In this document: positions 19,614 through 29,792 of the stretch, piece after piece
How positions within the stretch are numbered: the first letter of the stretch is position 1
Layout: each line of letters begins with the position of its first letter
Origin: Dehalococcoidales bacterium
GTDB taxonomy: Bacteria; Chloroflexota; Dehalococcoidia; Dehalococcoidales; UBA5627
DNA: 64,000 nt
NCBI GenBank assembly: GCA_028707255.1
Contig: JAQTUQ010000002.1
Span: forward strand, 8,900 to 72,899
Reading direction: 5' to 3'
Position numbers and translations under genes: made by a program
Notes under the pieces: generated by a model
Told to the model about the DNA's origin: nothing
What the model saw: only the letters and a program-made list of their open reading frames with translations
Databases searched by the model: none

Positions 19614-20375
19614 ATGTCAGAACCGAGAGATTATAAAACCGAAGCCATCGTTATAAAAAAGACCAGACTGGGTGAGGCCGACAGAATCCTGACGCTGTAT
19701 ACTCCGCATCTCGGGAAGATTCAGGCGGTAGCCAAAGGCGTCAGGCAACCGAAAAGCAAGATGTCCGGGCACCTGGAACTCCTTACATACAGCATGGTGT
19801 CGCTGGCAAGGGGAAAGAATCTGGCAACGGTTACCGGCAGTCAGACAATTAACGGGTTTCTGGGTATAAAAGACGACCTCGAACTGACTTCTTATGCTCT
19901 TTACATTATAGAACTGGTAAATCAGTTTACTGAGGACGGCATAGAAGACTATCCCCTGTTTAAAATGCTTGTAGATGTACTAGAAAAACTGTCCACCGAA
20001 AAAAACAGAGAACTGGTCCTACGCTATTTTGAAGTGCAGCTGCTTGATAATCTCGGATACCGCCCGCAATTGAAACAATGCGTATCCTGCCGTATGCGGT
20101 TGAAACCGTTAATCAATCAGTTTTGTCCCGGGGCAGGAGGCATGCTTTGCCCTGCATGCGGTAAAAACGGCAGTTTCAGTTACCAACTCTCAGTTAATGG
20201 ACTAAAGGTTTTCAGGTTATTGCAGGACGGCGATTATAATACTATCAGTCGCCTTAAAATGCCTAAAGAACTGGCCATGGAACTGGAAAGGCTGATACGG
20301 GCGTATATAAAATATTTGCTGGAAAAAGACATTAAATCGCTCGCATGGCTGGAAACACTCAAAAGGTGTTTATGA
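19614..20375 (+). CDS. recO: DNA repair protein RecO
   Basis: 253 aa with an N-terminal OB region (EAIVIKKTRLGEADRILTLYT) and a C-terminal zinc motif CVSC...CPAC. Confidence 0.85.
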   Translation: MSEPRDYKTEAIVIKKTRLGEADRILTLYTPHLGKIQAVAKGVRQPKSKMSGHLELLTYSMVSLARGKNLATVTGSQTINGFLGIKDDLELTSYALYIIELVNQFTEDGIEDYPLFKMLVDVLEKLSTEKNRELVLRYFEVQLLDNLGYRPQLKQCVSCRMRLKPLINQFCPGAGGMLCPACGKNGSFSYQLSVNGLKVFRLLQDGDYNTISRLKMPKELAMELERLIRAYIKYLLEKDIKSLAWLETLKRCL

Positions 20376-20491
20376 CAACGTTTATAGCTTTACTATAATC
20401 TCAGGATAAAATATAATAACTAGAATAATTTAAACATTTGTAAGTTATTTATATTTGATATAAGTAATTATTACGATAAAAAAGGACGATT

Positions 20492-21973
20492 ATGGCATCG
20501 AGGTTGGATGATTTGACGCAACAGCGGCTGGATAAGCTGGAAAGAATAAGAAATCGCGGTATAGACCCTTATCCGCGCAGTTATCAGCGCACGCATACTT
20601 CCGAAGAAGCCAGAGAACTGCTTAGGAAAAATGAGGAAGCCGGGAAAAGCGAACCTGAAGTTATCAGTATTGCCGGTCGTATTATGGCTATTCGCAAAAT
20701 GGGGAAAAGCTCTTTCGCCGATATTCAGGATGGCTCCGGTAAAATACAATTGATCTTTACCGGAAGCGTTTTGGAGAAAGAAGCGGAAGCCGAACTCTTT
20801 AAAGACCTCGATATCGGTGATTTTATCGGGGTGAAAGGCGGATTGATGCGCACCAGGACGGGCGAGCCTACCGTACATGTAGACGAGTTTGCCCTGCTAT
20901 CCAAATCGCTTTTGCCGCTACCTGAAAAATATCACGGTTTGCAGGATGTGGACGCCAGGCATCGCCAGAGATACCTTGACCTTATCAGCAACCAGGAAGT
21001 TAAGGATACTTTCAGGATGCGCAGCCGCATAATTGCAGCAATAAGGAATTATTTAAGCGACAAGGGTTTTCTGGAAGTGGAAACACCGGTATTGCAACCT
21101 TCTGCCGGCGGAGCTCTCGCCAGACCTTTTATAACACATCATCATTCACTGGACTGTGATTTCTATCTGCGTATCGCCCTCGAACTCCATTTGAAAAGAT
21201 TGATTATCGGTGGTTTCGACAAGGTATATGAACTGGGAAGGATTTTTCGCAATGAGGGCATTTCCATTAAGCATAACCCAGAATTCACCATGCTCGAAAG
21301 CTATCAGGCTTATGTCGATTACAGGGATGTAATGGATATGCTGGAAGATATGGTTTCTTCGGTGATTAGGGAAATTTCGGGGGATTTTAAATTTAATTAT
21401 GGTGATAATATTATCGACTTTACTCCTCCATGGCAAAGGTTGGATTTAAGAGAGACGATTTTGAAGTATAGTAGTATTGACTTTATGCAGTTTCCGGATG
21501 CTGTTTCGCTGAGAAACGAAATGCAGAAGCTGGATATGGAAGTAGACTCCAACAAAGACCGCGGCAGGTTGATAGACGAACTGCTGTCCACATTCGTAGA
21601 ACCGCACCTGGTACAACCGACGATTCTATATGATTATCCGCTGGATATGTCTCCCCTTGCCAAAAAGAAGCCCGGTTATGATAATATAGTAGAGAGATTC
21701 GAGGCTTATGTTTGTGGGATGGAGTTGGCAAATGCTTTTTCGGAGTTGAACGACCCGATTGACCAGAGACAGAGATTCGTCAACCAGCAGAGGAACCGTG
21801 GCAAGGATGAAGAACAGGAAGTTATCGACGAAGATTTCCTGGTCGCTATGGCTTACGGAATGCCGCCCACCGGCGGTCTGGGTCTTGGTATAGACAGACT
21901 GGTAATGCTGCTCACAAACCAGCAATCGATTCGTGAAGTTATCCTGTTCCCTCAACTAAGAGAAAAGGAATAA
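20492..21973 (+). CDS. lysS: Lysine--tRNA ligase, class II
   Basis: 493 aa with an OB anticodon-binding domain and class-II motifs (FLEVETPVLQ, YELGRIFRNEG, GLGLGIDRLVMLL). Confidence 0.95.
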   Translation: MASRLDDLTQQRLDKLERIRNRGIDPYPRSYQRTHTSEEARELLRKNEEAGKSEPEVISIAGRIMAIRKMGKSSFADIQDGSGKIQLIFTGSVLEKEAEAELFKDLDIGDFIGVKGGLMRTRTGEPTVHVDEFALLSKSLLPLPEKYHGLQDVDARHRQRYLDLISNQEVKDTFRMRSRIIAAIRNYLSDKGFLEVETPVLQPSAGGALARPFITHHHSLDCDFYLRIALELHLKRLIIGGFDKVYELGRIFRNEGISIKHNPEFTMLESYQAYVDYRDVMDMLEDMVSSVIREISGDFKFNYGDNIIDFTPPWQRLDLRETILKYSSIDFMQFPDAVSLRNEMQKLDMEVDSNKDRGRLIDELLSTFVEPHLVQPTILYDYPLDMSPLAKKKPGYDNIVERFEAYVCGMELANAFSELNDPIDQRQRFVNQQRNRGKDEEQEVIDEDFLVAMAYGMPPTGGLGLGIDRLVMLLTNQQSIREVILFPQLREKE

Positions 21974-21978
21974 TTAAT

Positions 21979-23220
21979 ATGTTAGACCTTAAATTTATAA
22001 GGGATAATACGGAACTTGTACGCCAGGCAATCTCTGTCAGGCATGATAACGCTCCGATAGATGAGATTATCGAAATCGATATAACTAAAAGACAGAAAAT
22101 GGCGCGGGTTGAAGAGCTGAGATGCGAGCGAAAGGAACTGGCAAGAAAACAGGGTGCCGAATCGGCGGATAGAGGACGCGAACTGCGCGACCAGATTAAA
22201 TCTATCGAAGATGAACTACGGGATATCGACAGCCGGCTGGAAGATATGCTGCTGCGCGTGCCCAACATACCGCAGGATTCCGTCCCTATCGGTGAAAGCG
22301 AAGATGATAATATTGTCGTCAGCACCTGCGGCGAGATGCGCAAATTCGATTTTATTCCGGCTCCGCACTGGGAACTCGGCGAAAGGCTGGGAATTATCGA
22401 TTTCGAGAGAGGTGTCAGGTTATCTGGTACGCGTTTTTATGTATTGAAAGGATTGGGCTCGCGTCTTCAAAGGTCGCTTATCAATTTCATGCTCAATCTG
22501 CATACGGAAGAACACGGATATCAGGAAGCCTATCTGCCCTACATGGTAAAGAAGGAGTGCTTGATCGGTTCCAGTAACCTTCCCAAGTTTGCCGATAACC
22601 TTTACCGCGATATCGAAGAAGATTTATGGCTGGTTCCCACAGCCGAGGTTCCGCTAACCAATATGCACCGTGACGAAGTTATTCAGCCCGGTGTTCTTCC
22701 CATTCACTATGTTGCTTATACCGCCTGTTTCAGGCGGGAAAAAATGTCTGCGGGTAAAGATACGCGCGGTATAAAGAGAGGACACCAGTTCGACAAGGTG
22801 GAGATGTATAAATTTACAGAACCGCAAAACTCGAACGAAGAACTCGAAAAGATGGTGGATAATGCGGTGGATATCTGCCGCAAGCTTGACATACCTTATC
22901 GCATCAAGAGACTTTGTACCGCCGACATCAGTTTTGCTTCCATCAAGACTTACGATATCGAAATGTGGGCTCCCGGTTGTGAAGAATGGCTGGAAGTGAG
23001 TTCGTGCTCCAACTGCGGAGATTTCCAGGCGCGACGGGCAAACATACGCTATCGCCCATCAGCAGACAGCAAACCGCAGTATGTTCATACTCTTAACGGT
23101 TCCGGACTGGCTCTGCCCAGAGTGGTTATAGCCGTGATGGAGAATTATCAGCAATCCGATGGCAGTATTGCCGTTCCCGATGTATTACAGCCCTATATGG
23201 GGGTTAAAGTAATAAAATAA
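21979..23220 (+). CDS. serS: Serine--tRNA ligase
   Basis: 413 aa with an N-terminal coiled-coil arm (MLDLKFIRDN) and a class-II core (TAEVPLTNMH, RREKMSAGKDTRGIKRGHQFDKVE, TLNGSGLALPR). Confidence 0.95.
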   Translation: MLDLKFIRDNTELVRQAISVRHDNAPIDEIIEIDITKRQKMARVEELRCERKELARKQGAESADRGRELRDQIKSIEDELRDIDSRLEDMLLRVPNIPQDSVPIGESEDDNIVVSTCGEMRKFDFIPAPHWELGERLGIIDFERGVRLSGTRFYVLKGLGSRLQRSLINFMLNLHTEEHGYQEAYLPYMVKKECLIGSSNLPKFADNLYRDIEEDLWLVPTAEVPLTNMHRDEVIQPGVLPIHYVAYTACFRREKMSAGKDTRGIKRGHQFDKVEMYKFTEPQNSNEELEKMVDNAVDICRKLDIPYRIKRLCTADISFASIKTYDIEMWAPGCEEWLEVSSCSNCGDFQARRANIRYRPSADSKPQYVHTLNGSGLALPRVVIAVMENYQQSDGSIAVPDVLQPYMGVKVIK

Positions 23221-23262
23221 TCTTAGTTTATCTTGAGGATATTCTATTAAAAGAGAGGCGTA

Positions 23263-24258
23263 ATGGAACATAAAAAAAGTATTGGCAGAAATGAATTATG
23301 TAGTTGTGGCAGTGGTAAAAAATACAAGAACTGCTGTTATGGAAAGACGGAAACGACGGAAGAAATAAAATTCGATAAAAAATCATTTAATCCCTTCAAA
23401 TTGAATAAAGAAATTGCCTATCTCGGGGAATTCGGTAAAAACCGGGAGAAATTTTGCATCGACCAACAGGAACAGTTAAAAAATATCAACGATATAATTT
23501 ATAAGCAACAGTTCGAAGAAGCCAATAACAGCGGAAAAACGATATCCTGCCACAGGGGTTGTTCGATGTGCTGTTCACAATACATACCGGCTTCCCTTCA
23601 GGAATGCGAAGCTATAGTTCACTATCTATATAATCATGAACGTAAACTGTCTTCATTCATACGCAATTACAAAAAATGGAAAAGCAGCCTTGATGAACAT
23701 AAGGGCATCCTGGATGACTTTCAAAGCGCGTATTCCGAGATGTGGGAATCGGGATTCGATGCGGAAAAACGCCGCAAAGTGGAAGAACTGGGTGCAGCGT
23801 ATGCAAAATACAAAATACCCTGCCCGTTTTTAAAAGAAGACGCCTGTATGATTTATGATATTCGTCCCCTGGTTTGTTCATGCCAGGTTGCGGTTACACC
23901 GCCCGAATATTGTGATCCCGATAATCCGGACAGTATCAAGCAGGAATTGATATTGATGCTTCCTGAAAACTTCCAATTCGTTCCTTTTTACCACGAAAGC
24001 TTTAATGAGATGAATCTTAGCGGAATTTGCATGCCCTATGTAGTCTATAATTTACTTGAAGGCGGGTACCTTTATCTCATGGCCTTAAACAGTAAAAAAG
24101 AGTTCACGAGCGAAGTTGTAAAAGACGAACAGGTAAAGAAATTATTGGATGCGCAACTGGATTACTACGAGGAAAACGACCCTGACTTCGAATATGAAGT
24201 TATGGAATCCGATTTGGAAGTTTTAGAACCGGAAGCCGGCGGCAAAACAGAAGAATAA
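23263..24258 (+). CDS. SEC-C motif protein fused to a YkgJ-type Cys-rich (putative Zn/Fe-chelating) domain
   Basis: The N-terminus has RNELCSCGSGKKYKNCC (SEC-C metal-binding motif). Cysteine clusters follow: CHRGCSMCC, CPFL..DACMIY and CSC. Confidence 0.6.
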   Translation: MEHKKSIGRNELCSCGSGKKYKNCCYGKTETTEEIKFDKKSFNPFKLNKEIAYLGEFGKNREKFCIDQQEQLKNINDIIYKQQFEEANNSGKTISCHRGCSMCCSQYIPASLQECEAIVHYLYNHERKLSSFIRNYKKWKSSLDEHKGILDDFQSAYSEMWESGFDAEKRRKVEELGAAYAKYKIPCPFLKEDACMIYDIRPLVCSCQVAVTPPEYCDPDNPDSIKQELILMLPENFQFVPFYHESFNEMNLSGICMPYVVYNLLEGGYLYLMALNSKKEFTSEVVKDEQVKKLLDAQLDYYEENDPDFEYEVMESDLEVLEPEAGGKTEE

Positions 24259-24277
24259 TTTAATATTAATTTAACTC

Positions 24278-24925
24278 TTAATCAGGGAAAGGCACTCCTT
24301 CAATTCTGCCTTCCCCTGATGTTTTTATGGCTACATAGTCTCCGGCATCCTTTGTCTGATACATAGTGGGAGCGGCAATCAGCTTTAAAAGCTCCACAAA
24401 GTTCTGCATTTGTGAAGTTATGTCTTCTTTTTCAAATTTGTTGGTGCTGGCTAGAGCAAAAATACCGTTAACGCAAGAGGATTCGGCACATACCTTTACA
24501 AGGTCGTTATATAGAAGCCCGGTGTTGTAGCCGACAATCAATTTCCAGATACCGGGTCTCAATTTATTTACAGATCCCAGATTTTTTATCGCTTCGTTCA
24601 GATTCTCACGGTTCAGCGTACCCTTTACCTGTATCACACACCTGACTGCTTCAGGATTGATTACCACAATATCGCCCGACAAAAACAGGGGGCCGTATTC
24701 GGCTGCGCTGTAAACGATAATATCGCACTCTCGGCTGCTCTGCCCATCCGCAGAGATAATAACGCCCCGCCTGGCTGAAAAATACTGCGAGATGCTTTCC
24801 CTGACGGCTTCCATGATAATTGCTTCATAATAATCACCGATGACTTTAGGGTCTTTCAGTAGAGAGCGGATAATATCTCTTTGTACTAAAATCTTTTTTT
24901 GTACGTTCCAGTAATATTGCTGCAT
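24278..24925 (-). CDS. Hypothetical protein, possible PD-(D/E)xK-like nuclease fold
   Basis: The preferred start is the ATG at 24925, preceded by AAGGGGG; the track ORF extends to 24970. The pattern E..(R)ECDIIVY ... VIQVKG resembles D/E...(E/Q)xK restriction-endonuclease-like cores. I recognised no other family. Confidence 0.35.
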   Translation of the reverse strand: MQQYYWNVQKKILVQRDIIRSLLKDPKVIGDYYEAIIMEAVRESISQYFSARRGVIISADGQSSRECDIIVYSAAEYGPLFLSGDIVVINPEAVRCVIQVKGTLNRENLNEAIKNLGSVNKLRPGIWKLIVGYNTGLLYNDLVKVCAESSCVNGIFALASTNKFEKEDITSQMQNFVELLKLIAAPTMYQTKDAGDYVAIKTSGEGRIEGVPFPD

Positions 24926-25015
24926 CTTTTTCCCCCTTACTATATTACCCTTTGTCGCTGAGGTTAGCAATTTATCGGCTATCCCGCTATAATTATCTAT
25001 GTTGTTTTCGCATCC

Positions 25016-25105
25016 GGAGGGGTGTCCGAGTGGCCTATGGTGACGGTCTTGAAAACCGTTGTCCTCGCAAGAGGACCGTGGGTTCGAATCCCACCCCCTC
25101 CGCCA
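25016..25105 (+). tRNA. tRNA-Ser, anticodon UGA, with encoded CCA
   Basis: Acceptor stem GGAGGGG/CCCCTCC. Anticodon stem-loop ACGGT-CTTGAAA-ACCGT. Long variable arm TGTCCTCGCAAGAGGACCG. T-arm GGGTTCGAATCCC. Ends GCCA. Confidence 0.95.
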
Positions 25106-25107
25106 TA

Positions 25108-26706
25108 TTAATTCACAAGATATACTTCATTCAGATTGACCATTCCCAATGCGTTTAATTCGTATCCTTTGACGTAAGGTTTAACAAGTATATAGTTTCT
25201 GCCGAAATATAACGGAATACAGGCAGCGTCATCAATAAATATTTGTTCTGCCTGCCGGTAAAGCTCAAGGCTGACCTCTTCATCTTGCTCTATGGCAGCT
25301 AACTTTAACAGCATATCAGCTTCCACATTACTGTATCCCCCATAGTTCCCTTCAGAATCTGTAGAAAACAGGATTTCCAGAAAATTCTGCGGATGAGGAT
25401 AATCCGCGCTCCAGCCCCAGAAAAACAAATTATCTTTTTCCGCGAGAATATTGTATAAAAACTCATTCGGTTCCAGCTGCCTGACGGTTACCTCTATGCC
25501 GAGATTTACTCTCCATTCGTTAATTACGGCATCCACTATAGTGGAAATTTGCCCGCCATAACCTCCGCTGGTAATAACAATCTCCGGCAGGTTCGATATA
25601 TCTCCGTATGAAGACTCTGCAATCAATGCGAGGGCTGCCTGAGTATCGAATGATAACACCGACAGGTTCTCATTATAACCGTACATTCCGAAAGGAATAA
25701 TACCGTCCGCCCGCATAACAGTATTATTGTAAATCAGCGACACCAGTTTCGTTTTGTCGATAGACATGGCAAATGCGCGGCGGATATTTACATCGTCAAA
25801 AGGAGGCTGGTTGCAATTAAAGCACATATACATCAGGCTCAGTTCGGGATTGCTGTACAACTGGTTGTAGAATTCCCCGTCTATATCGGTCGCCCGGTAG
25901 ATGTTGGCAAGACCGACACTGCAAACATCGATTTCTCCAGTTTCATACATATCGAACTCTATACCGGATAAAATCTTATAAACGACGTAATCCAGTTTGG
26001 CTATATACCGATAGTATTTATCGCTACTCTGGAGCACCAGTTCACTGCCCTCTTCCCATCTCCACAATTTGAACGGACCAGTTCCGTTGGGATTTATCCA
26101 CCAGTATTGACTGCCGGAGATATCTTTCTCATCGACCACAAAAGAAACCGGATAACTTAATTTTTCCAGAAAATAGGTTACCGGGCTTTTAAGCGTTACC
26201 TTCAGGGTATAGTTGTCAATTACTCGCACTCCGCTGATGTTGACGGTTTCTCCGGCCAGTACTTCATCTGTGCCGAGAATATCGCCGAGGTATAAAGATG
26301 CAGTCTGCGAGCCGGTTAACGGATTACAGGCGCGCTCCCATGAATATTTAAAATCGACAGCCTTAACCTTCTTCCCGTCATGGAAACAGGCATCGTTTCT
26401 TAAATAGAAAGTATATACCAGGTTATCATCGCTGACTTCCCAGCTTTCGGCAATATCGGCAACCGGTTCCAGGTCGTCATTAAAAGTAACCAGCCCGCTG
26501 AAAATCTGGAGGATGTAATTTATCGAGGTGGAGTCGCCGGCCAGCGCCGGGTCGAGGGTATACGGGTCTTCCCCGTAGAGATTCAATACATCACCACTTA
26601 TTTTCGATGATTGTCCCCAATCCAAACCACATGCGCTCGGCAGGATTGCCAATATTACGGCACAAACAAGAAATAGCGAATTGATTAAAAACTTATTCTT
26701 TTTCAT
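25108..26706 (-). CDS. ABC transporter substrate-binding protein, family 5 (peptide/nickel, OppA/DppA-like); likely lipoprotein
   Basis: 532 aa with a signal peptide and Cys (LPSACG), and SBP_bac_5-like sequence throughout. No permease or ATPase genes are adjacent. Confidence 0.8.
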   Translation of the reverse strand: MKKNKFLINSLFLVCAVILAILPSACGLDWGQSSKISGDVLNLYGEDPYTLDPALAGDSTSINYILQIFSGLVTFNDDLEPVADIAESWEVSDDNLVYTFYLRNDACFHDGKKVKAVDFKYSWERACNPLTGSQTASLYLGDILGTDEVLAGETVNISGVRVIDNYTLKVTLKSPVTYFLEKLSYPVSFVVDEKDISGSQYWWINPNGTGPFKLWRWEEGSELVLQSSDKYYRYIAKLDYVVYKILSGIEFDMYETGEIDVCSVGLANIYRATDIDGEFYNQLYSNPELSLMYMCFNCNQPPFDDVNIRRAFAMSIDKTKLVSLIYNNTVMRADGIIPFGMYGYNENLSVLSFDTQAALALIAESSYGDISNLPEIVITSGGYGGQISTIVDAVINEWRVNLGIEVTVRQLEPNEFLYNILAEKDNLFFWGWSADYPHPQNFLEILFSTDSEGNYGGYSNVEADMLLKLAAIEQDEEVSLELYRQAEQIFIDDAACIPLYFGRNYILVKPYVKGYELNALGMVNLNEVYLVN

Positions 26707-26721
26707 AGTTATTATTCGTCG

Positions 26722-27843
26722 TCAAGGCATGTAGATGCCGATAATGTAATCCTGCCATAGGCTATTTAAACCGGCTAAATCGAAACCATATACCTCAAGC
26801 AAAGCATTATCATATGTGCTGCCGTCTTTAAATACCATCAATAATCGATGCATTTTTTGCTGTCCGTACCGTTCAATCAGAAAAGCAACGATACTGTAAC
26901 TTTGGGCATAAGACAGATAGCTTATGTCGGAATAAGCCGAGAAAGGACTGCACAGGCTTTGTACCGATATCAGCGAGCCGCGAACAACCGCCTCCTTCAG
27001 GTAATTTTCATAGGCTTTTTCCAGTTCTCCTTCGGCATACATGGATATACCCTCATTCAGCCATACCGGGATGCTATTATAAGGATTCGATGTCATCTGG
27101 TGGGTTACCAGGTGAGCTATTTCGTGCGCCAGCGCTCTTTTGCCCCATTCAAGATTAGACCTGGAAATACCGATGGCAATAACCCCATAAGCAGGATAAG
27201 CCACCCCGCCGGTCCATTGCTTGGCAAAGACCATGGCATTCCTCAAGGCAGAAGAACTGGAATAAATATAAATCCTGATCGGAGATTCAGGGTAAGCGCC
27301 GGTATCTTCTCCCAGCCGTACCAGGGTATCCTGACACGTTTGCATCAGGTCTGCGGCGAAACCTTCATCGCCGTAATACCGGTAAAGAGTAACATTATTA
27401 TGATTCAAATTGTGCCAGTCATAGTTATCATCATCGAAACTGAAGGATGCCGGTTCCGTTCGATATAAATTATTATCTATATCGGCAGCTGTCCACCAGT
27501 AGCGCACGACAGTACCTGATGGCAGCGAACCGGTGGTGCGCATATCCCATGTCCAGTAGACACTCATCTCATACTGAAAAGGCATTGGGACGCCGACTGT
27601 TATTTCCTGGGTGACATCGCTAAAACTTTCGCGTTCGACGACATAGTGAAGCCTGATATCCAGGATAAGAATATCCGTTTCGATATCCAGACTGAAATCA
27701 ATTGAATCTGGGAATGATGTTGTTATCGAAGGGATTAATTTGACAGCGGTATCGGAACTACTATCTACCTGAAGCGAACTGTAAGATATCGTCATCAGCA
27801 TTAGCGCCAGTAAAACAAGCGCTGTTTTCCTAATCATCTTCAT
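26722..27843 (-). CDS. Secreted zinc metallopeptidase, peptidase MA-like
   Basis: 373 aa with a signal peptide, HEIAHL (HExxH) and a downstream WLNEGISMYAE. The start overlaps the prfB 3' end by 14 nt. Confidence 0.65.
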   Translation of the reverse strand: MKMIRKTALVLLALMLMTISYSSLQVDSSSDTAVKLIPSITTSFPDSIDFSLDIETDILILDIRLHYVVERESFSDVTQEITVGVPMPFQYEMSVYWTWDMRTTGSLPSGTVVRYWWTAADIDNNLYRTEPASFSFDDDNYDWHNLNHNNVTLYRYYGDEGFAADLMQTCQDTLVRLGEDTGAYPESPIRIYIYSSSSALRNAMVFAKQWTGGVAYPAYGVIAIGISRSNLEWGKRALAHEIAHLVTHQMTSNPYNSIPVWLNEGISMYAEGELEKAYENYLKEAVVRGSLISVQSLCSPFSAYSDISYLSYAQSYSIVAFLIERYGQQKMHRLLMVFKDGSTYDNALLEVYGFDLAGLNSLWQDYIIGIYMP

Positions 27844-28937
27844 CCCCGAGCCCGGCTCTTAAGTAGGCATTTATAAATCCATCCAGATCACCGGACAGAA
27901 CCGACTCTGCATCTCCCACCTGATAATCCGTTCGATGGTCTTTTACCATTTTGTAAGGATGCAGAACGTAACTCCTGATCTGGTTACTCCAACCGGCAAC
28001 GATTCGTTTACCCTTGAGCTTTGCCCGCTCCTCTTCCTTCTTAGCCAGTTCCTGGTTCAGTAACCTTGAGAGCAGGATTTTCATAGCGCTATCTTTATTC
28101 TGAAATTGAGAACGCTCGCTCTGACAGCTTACCACCGTACCGCTCGGTATATGCGTTATGCGAACTGCGCTGCTGGTCTTTTGCATATTTTGTCCGCCCG
28201 GGCCCGATGACCTGAAGGTTTCCACTTTTAAGTCATCGGAGGAAATGTTTATATCGACCTCCTCTCCCGCCTCCGGCATTACTTCTACCAGGGCAAACGA
28301 TGTATGACGCGCATGATCTGAATCGAAGGGGGATAGACGCACCAGCCTGTGTACTCCGTGTTCCGATTTCAGATATCCGAAGGCATATTCACTTGATATT
28401 TCCAGGATAACATTTTTTATGCCGGCTTCTTCTCCCGGCGAAATATCCAGGACTTCGGCTTTATACTTTTTCCTTTCCGCCCAGCGCAGATACATACGCA
28501 CCAGCATCTCCGCCCAATCCTGCGACTCAACACCTCCGGCGCCGGCATGAATGGATAGTATTGCATTACGATTATCGTATTCTCCGCCGAAAGCCAGCTC
28601 GAACTCCATTTGGTCGAGACGTGATTCGATAGCATCCATTTCCTGCCTGATTTCCGTATCCAGCGAGGATTCTTCACCATCGGGTACAAGAGATATGAGC
28701 TCTGTTATGTCAATTACTTTCTGCTCCATTTCCCGCCACCGTTCCACTGTTTTCCTGGTTTCGGCCAAGAGGCGCATCACATCCTGTGCCCTACCGGAGT
28801 CCTGCCAAAAATCCGGGCTCATGGATTGTTTTTCAAGCTCAGCCAGCTGTTTTTGTTTGGCAGGGATGTCAAAGACGCACCATTGCTGATGAAATTCTCT
28901 GCTTGTAATCTTCGAGTTTATCCGCTAATTCGCTCAT
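27830..28937 (-). CDS. prfB: Peptide chain release factor 2, expressed through a programmed +1 frameshift
   Basis: The ATG at 28937 gives MSELADKLEDYKQRISSAMVRL, then an in-frame TGA at 28871-28869. The +1 frame continues DIPAKQKQLAELEKQSMSPDFWQD... into track ORF 27830-28822, which carries SPF and GGQ (SSGPGGQNMQKTSSAVR) motifs. RBS AAGGGAGAAG. Confidence 0.92.
28868..28874 (-). promoter_or_regulatory. prfB: RF2 autoregulatory +1 frameshift site CUU UGA C
   Basis: The plus strand reads GTCAAAG, which is CTTTGAC on the minus strand. The frame arithmetic checks: 28937-28874 is a multiple of 3, and 28870-28822 is a multiple of 3. Confidence 0.9.
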
Positions 28938-28994
28938 ACTTCTCCCTTAATCGCTTAACATTAACAGTTTAGTTTAATTTATTATGCCGCTTGA

Positions 28995-29660
28995 TTACAA
29001 ATTACCGCCGGCTGCCAGGTGCGCCAGGCGCGTCGGTTGCGGCGAGCGATATCCCCTGCAACACCGCATAACCCAGTAAATCGAATTTTCAAGGCTTATT
29101 TTGTGCCCGACCGAGATAAACAACGGCTTGACACTGGTTTTGGTTCTCAGGGCGGCGCCGATAATTTCTCCATCGTCCAATAGATTAGTATAACTACCTG
29201 ACTTGTCTGAAGGCGTTTGAAAATCACCGCATAATTTTGACTTGGCACAACCGATTGTCGGGATGTCTACCAGCAGTCCAAGATGCGAGGCTATTCCTAT
29301 TCTTCTCGGATGAGCTAATCCATGCCCGTCTACCATTATGATATCAGGCAATATTGCGAGTTTTTGCCATGCTTCCAGTATCAAGGGAATCTCGCGGAAA
29401 GAGAGTAATCCGGGAATATAAGGAAAAGTTATCTCACCGCAGGCTTTCTTTATCTCGGCTATTTCAAGACGGGGATATTTCAACACAACAATGGCAGCTT
29501 GTGCATGATTACTATTTTTCCATACGGCGATATCGATTCCGGCTATATATGACGGAGATGAAATCTCCCCATATTTAATGACATCTGCTGCCATTTGTTT
29601 TTGCAAAGAGATAGCTTCCTGCGGATTAATTGCTCCCTTCCATAGATATTTGTCATTCAT
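28995..29660 (-). CDS. nfi: Endonuclease V (deoxyinosine 3' endonuclease)
   Basis: Matches the Nfi family (AGIDIA..., SFREIPLILEA, VDGHGLAHPRRIGIASHLG). The start is taken at the MNDKYLW ATG; the track ORF extends to 29696. Confidence 0.85.
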   Translation of the reverse strand: MNDKYLWKGAINPQEAISLQKQMAADVIKYGEISSPSYIAGIDIAVWKNSNHAQAAIVVLKYPRLEIAEIKKACGEITFPYIPGLLSFREIPLILEAWQKLAILPDIIMVDGHGLAHPRRIGIASHLGLLVDIPTIGCAKSKLCGDFQTPSDKSGSYTNLLDDGEIIGAALRTKTSVKPLFISVGHKISLENSIYWVMRCCRGYRSPQPTRLAHLAAGGNL

Positions 29661-29728
29661 AATCCTCATTATATATACTGTAACAGGTACTGACAAACGT
29701 TTTATTCACGTTTTATATATAAATACTG

Positions 29729-29758
29729 TTGACAGGCACATAGCTTTTGTTGCATAAT
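29729..29758 (+). promoter_or_regulatory. Putative sigma-70 promoter upstream of rpsP
   Basis: TTGACA (29729-29734), an 18-nt spacer, then CATAAT (29753-29758). Confidence 0.5.
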
Positions 29759-29792
29759 ATCACGAAAGTAAGGTAGGAAAGAATTTTAAAAT

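Noticed and set aside
24278-25105. tRNA-Ser as the attachment site of an integrated element.
   Set aside because: No integrase or recombinase is present, and I could not see a direct repeat of the tRNA 3' end. The uncharacterised genes lie on the 5' side of the tRNA rather than the usual 3' side. I kept it only as a low-interest finding.
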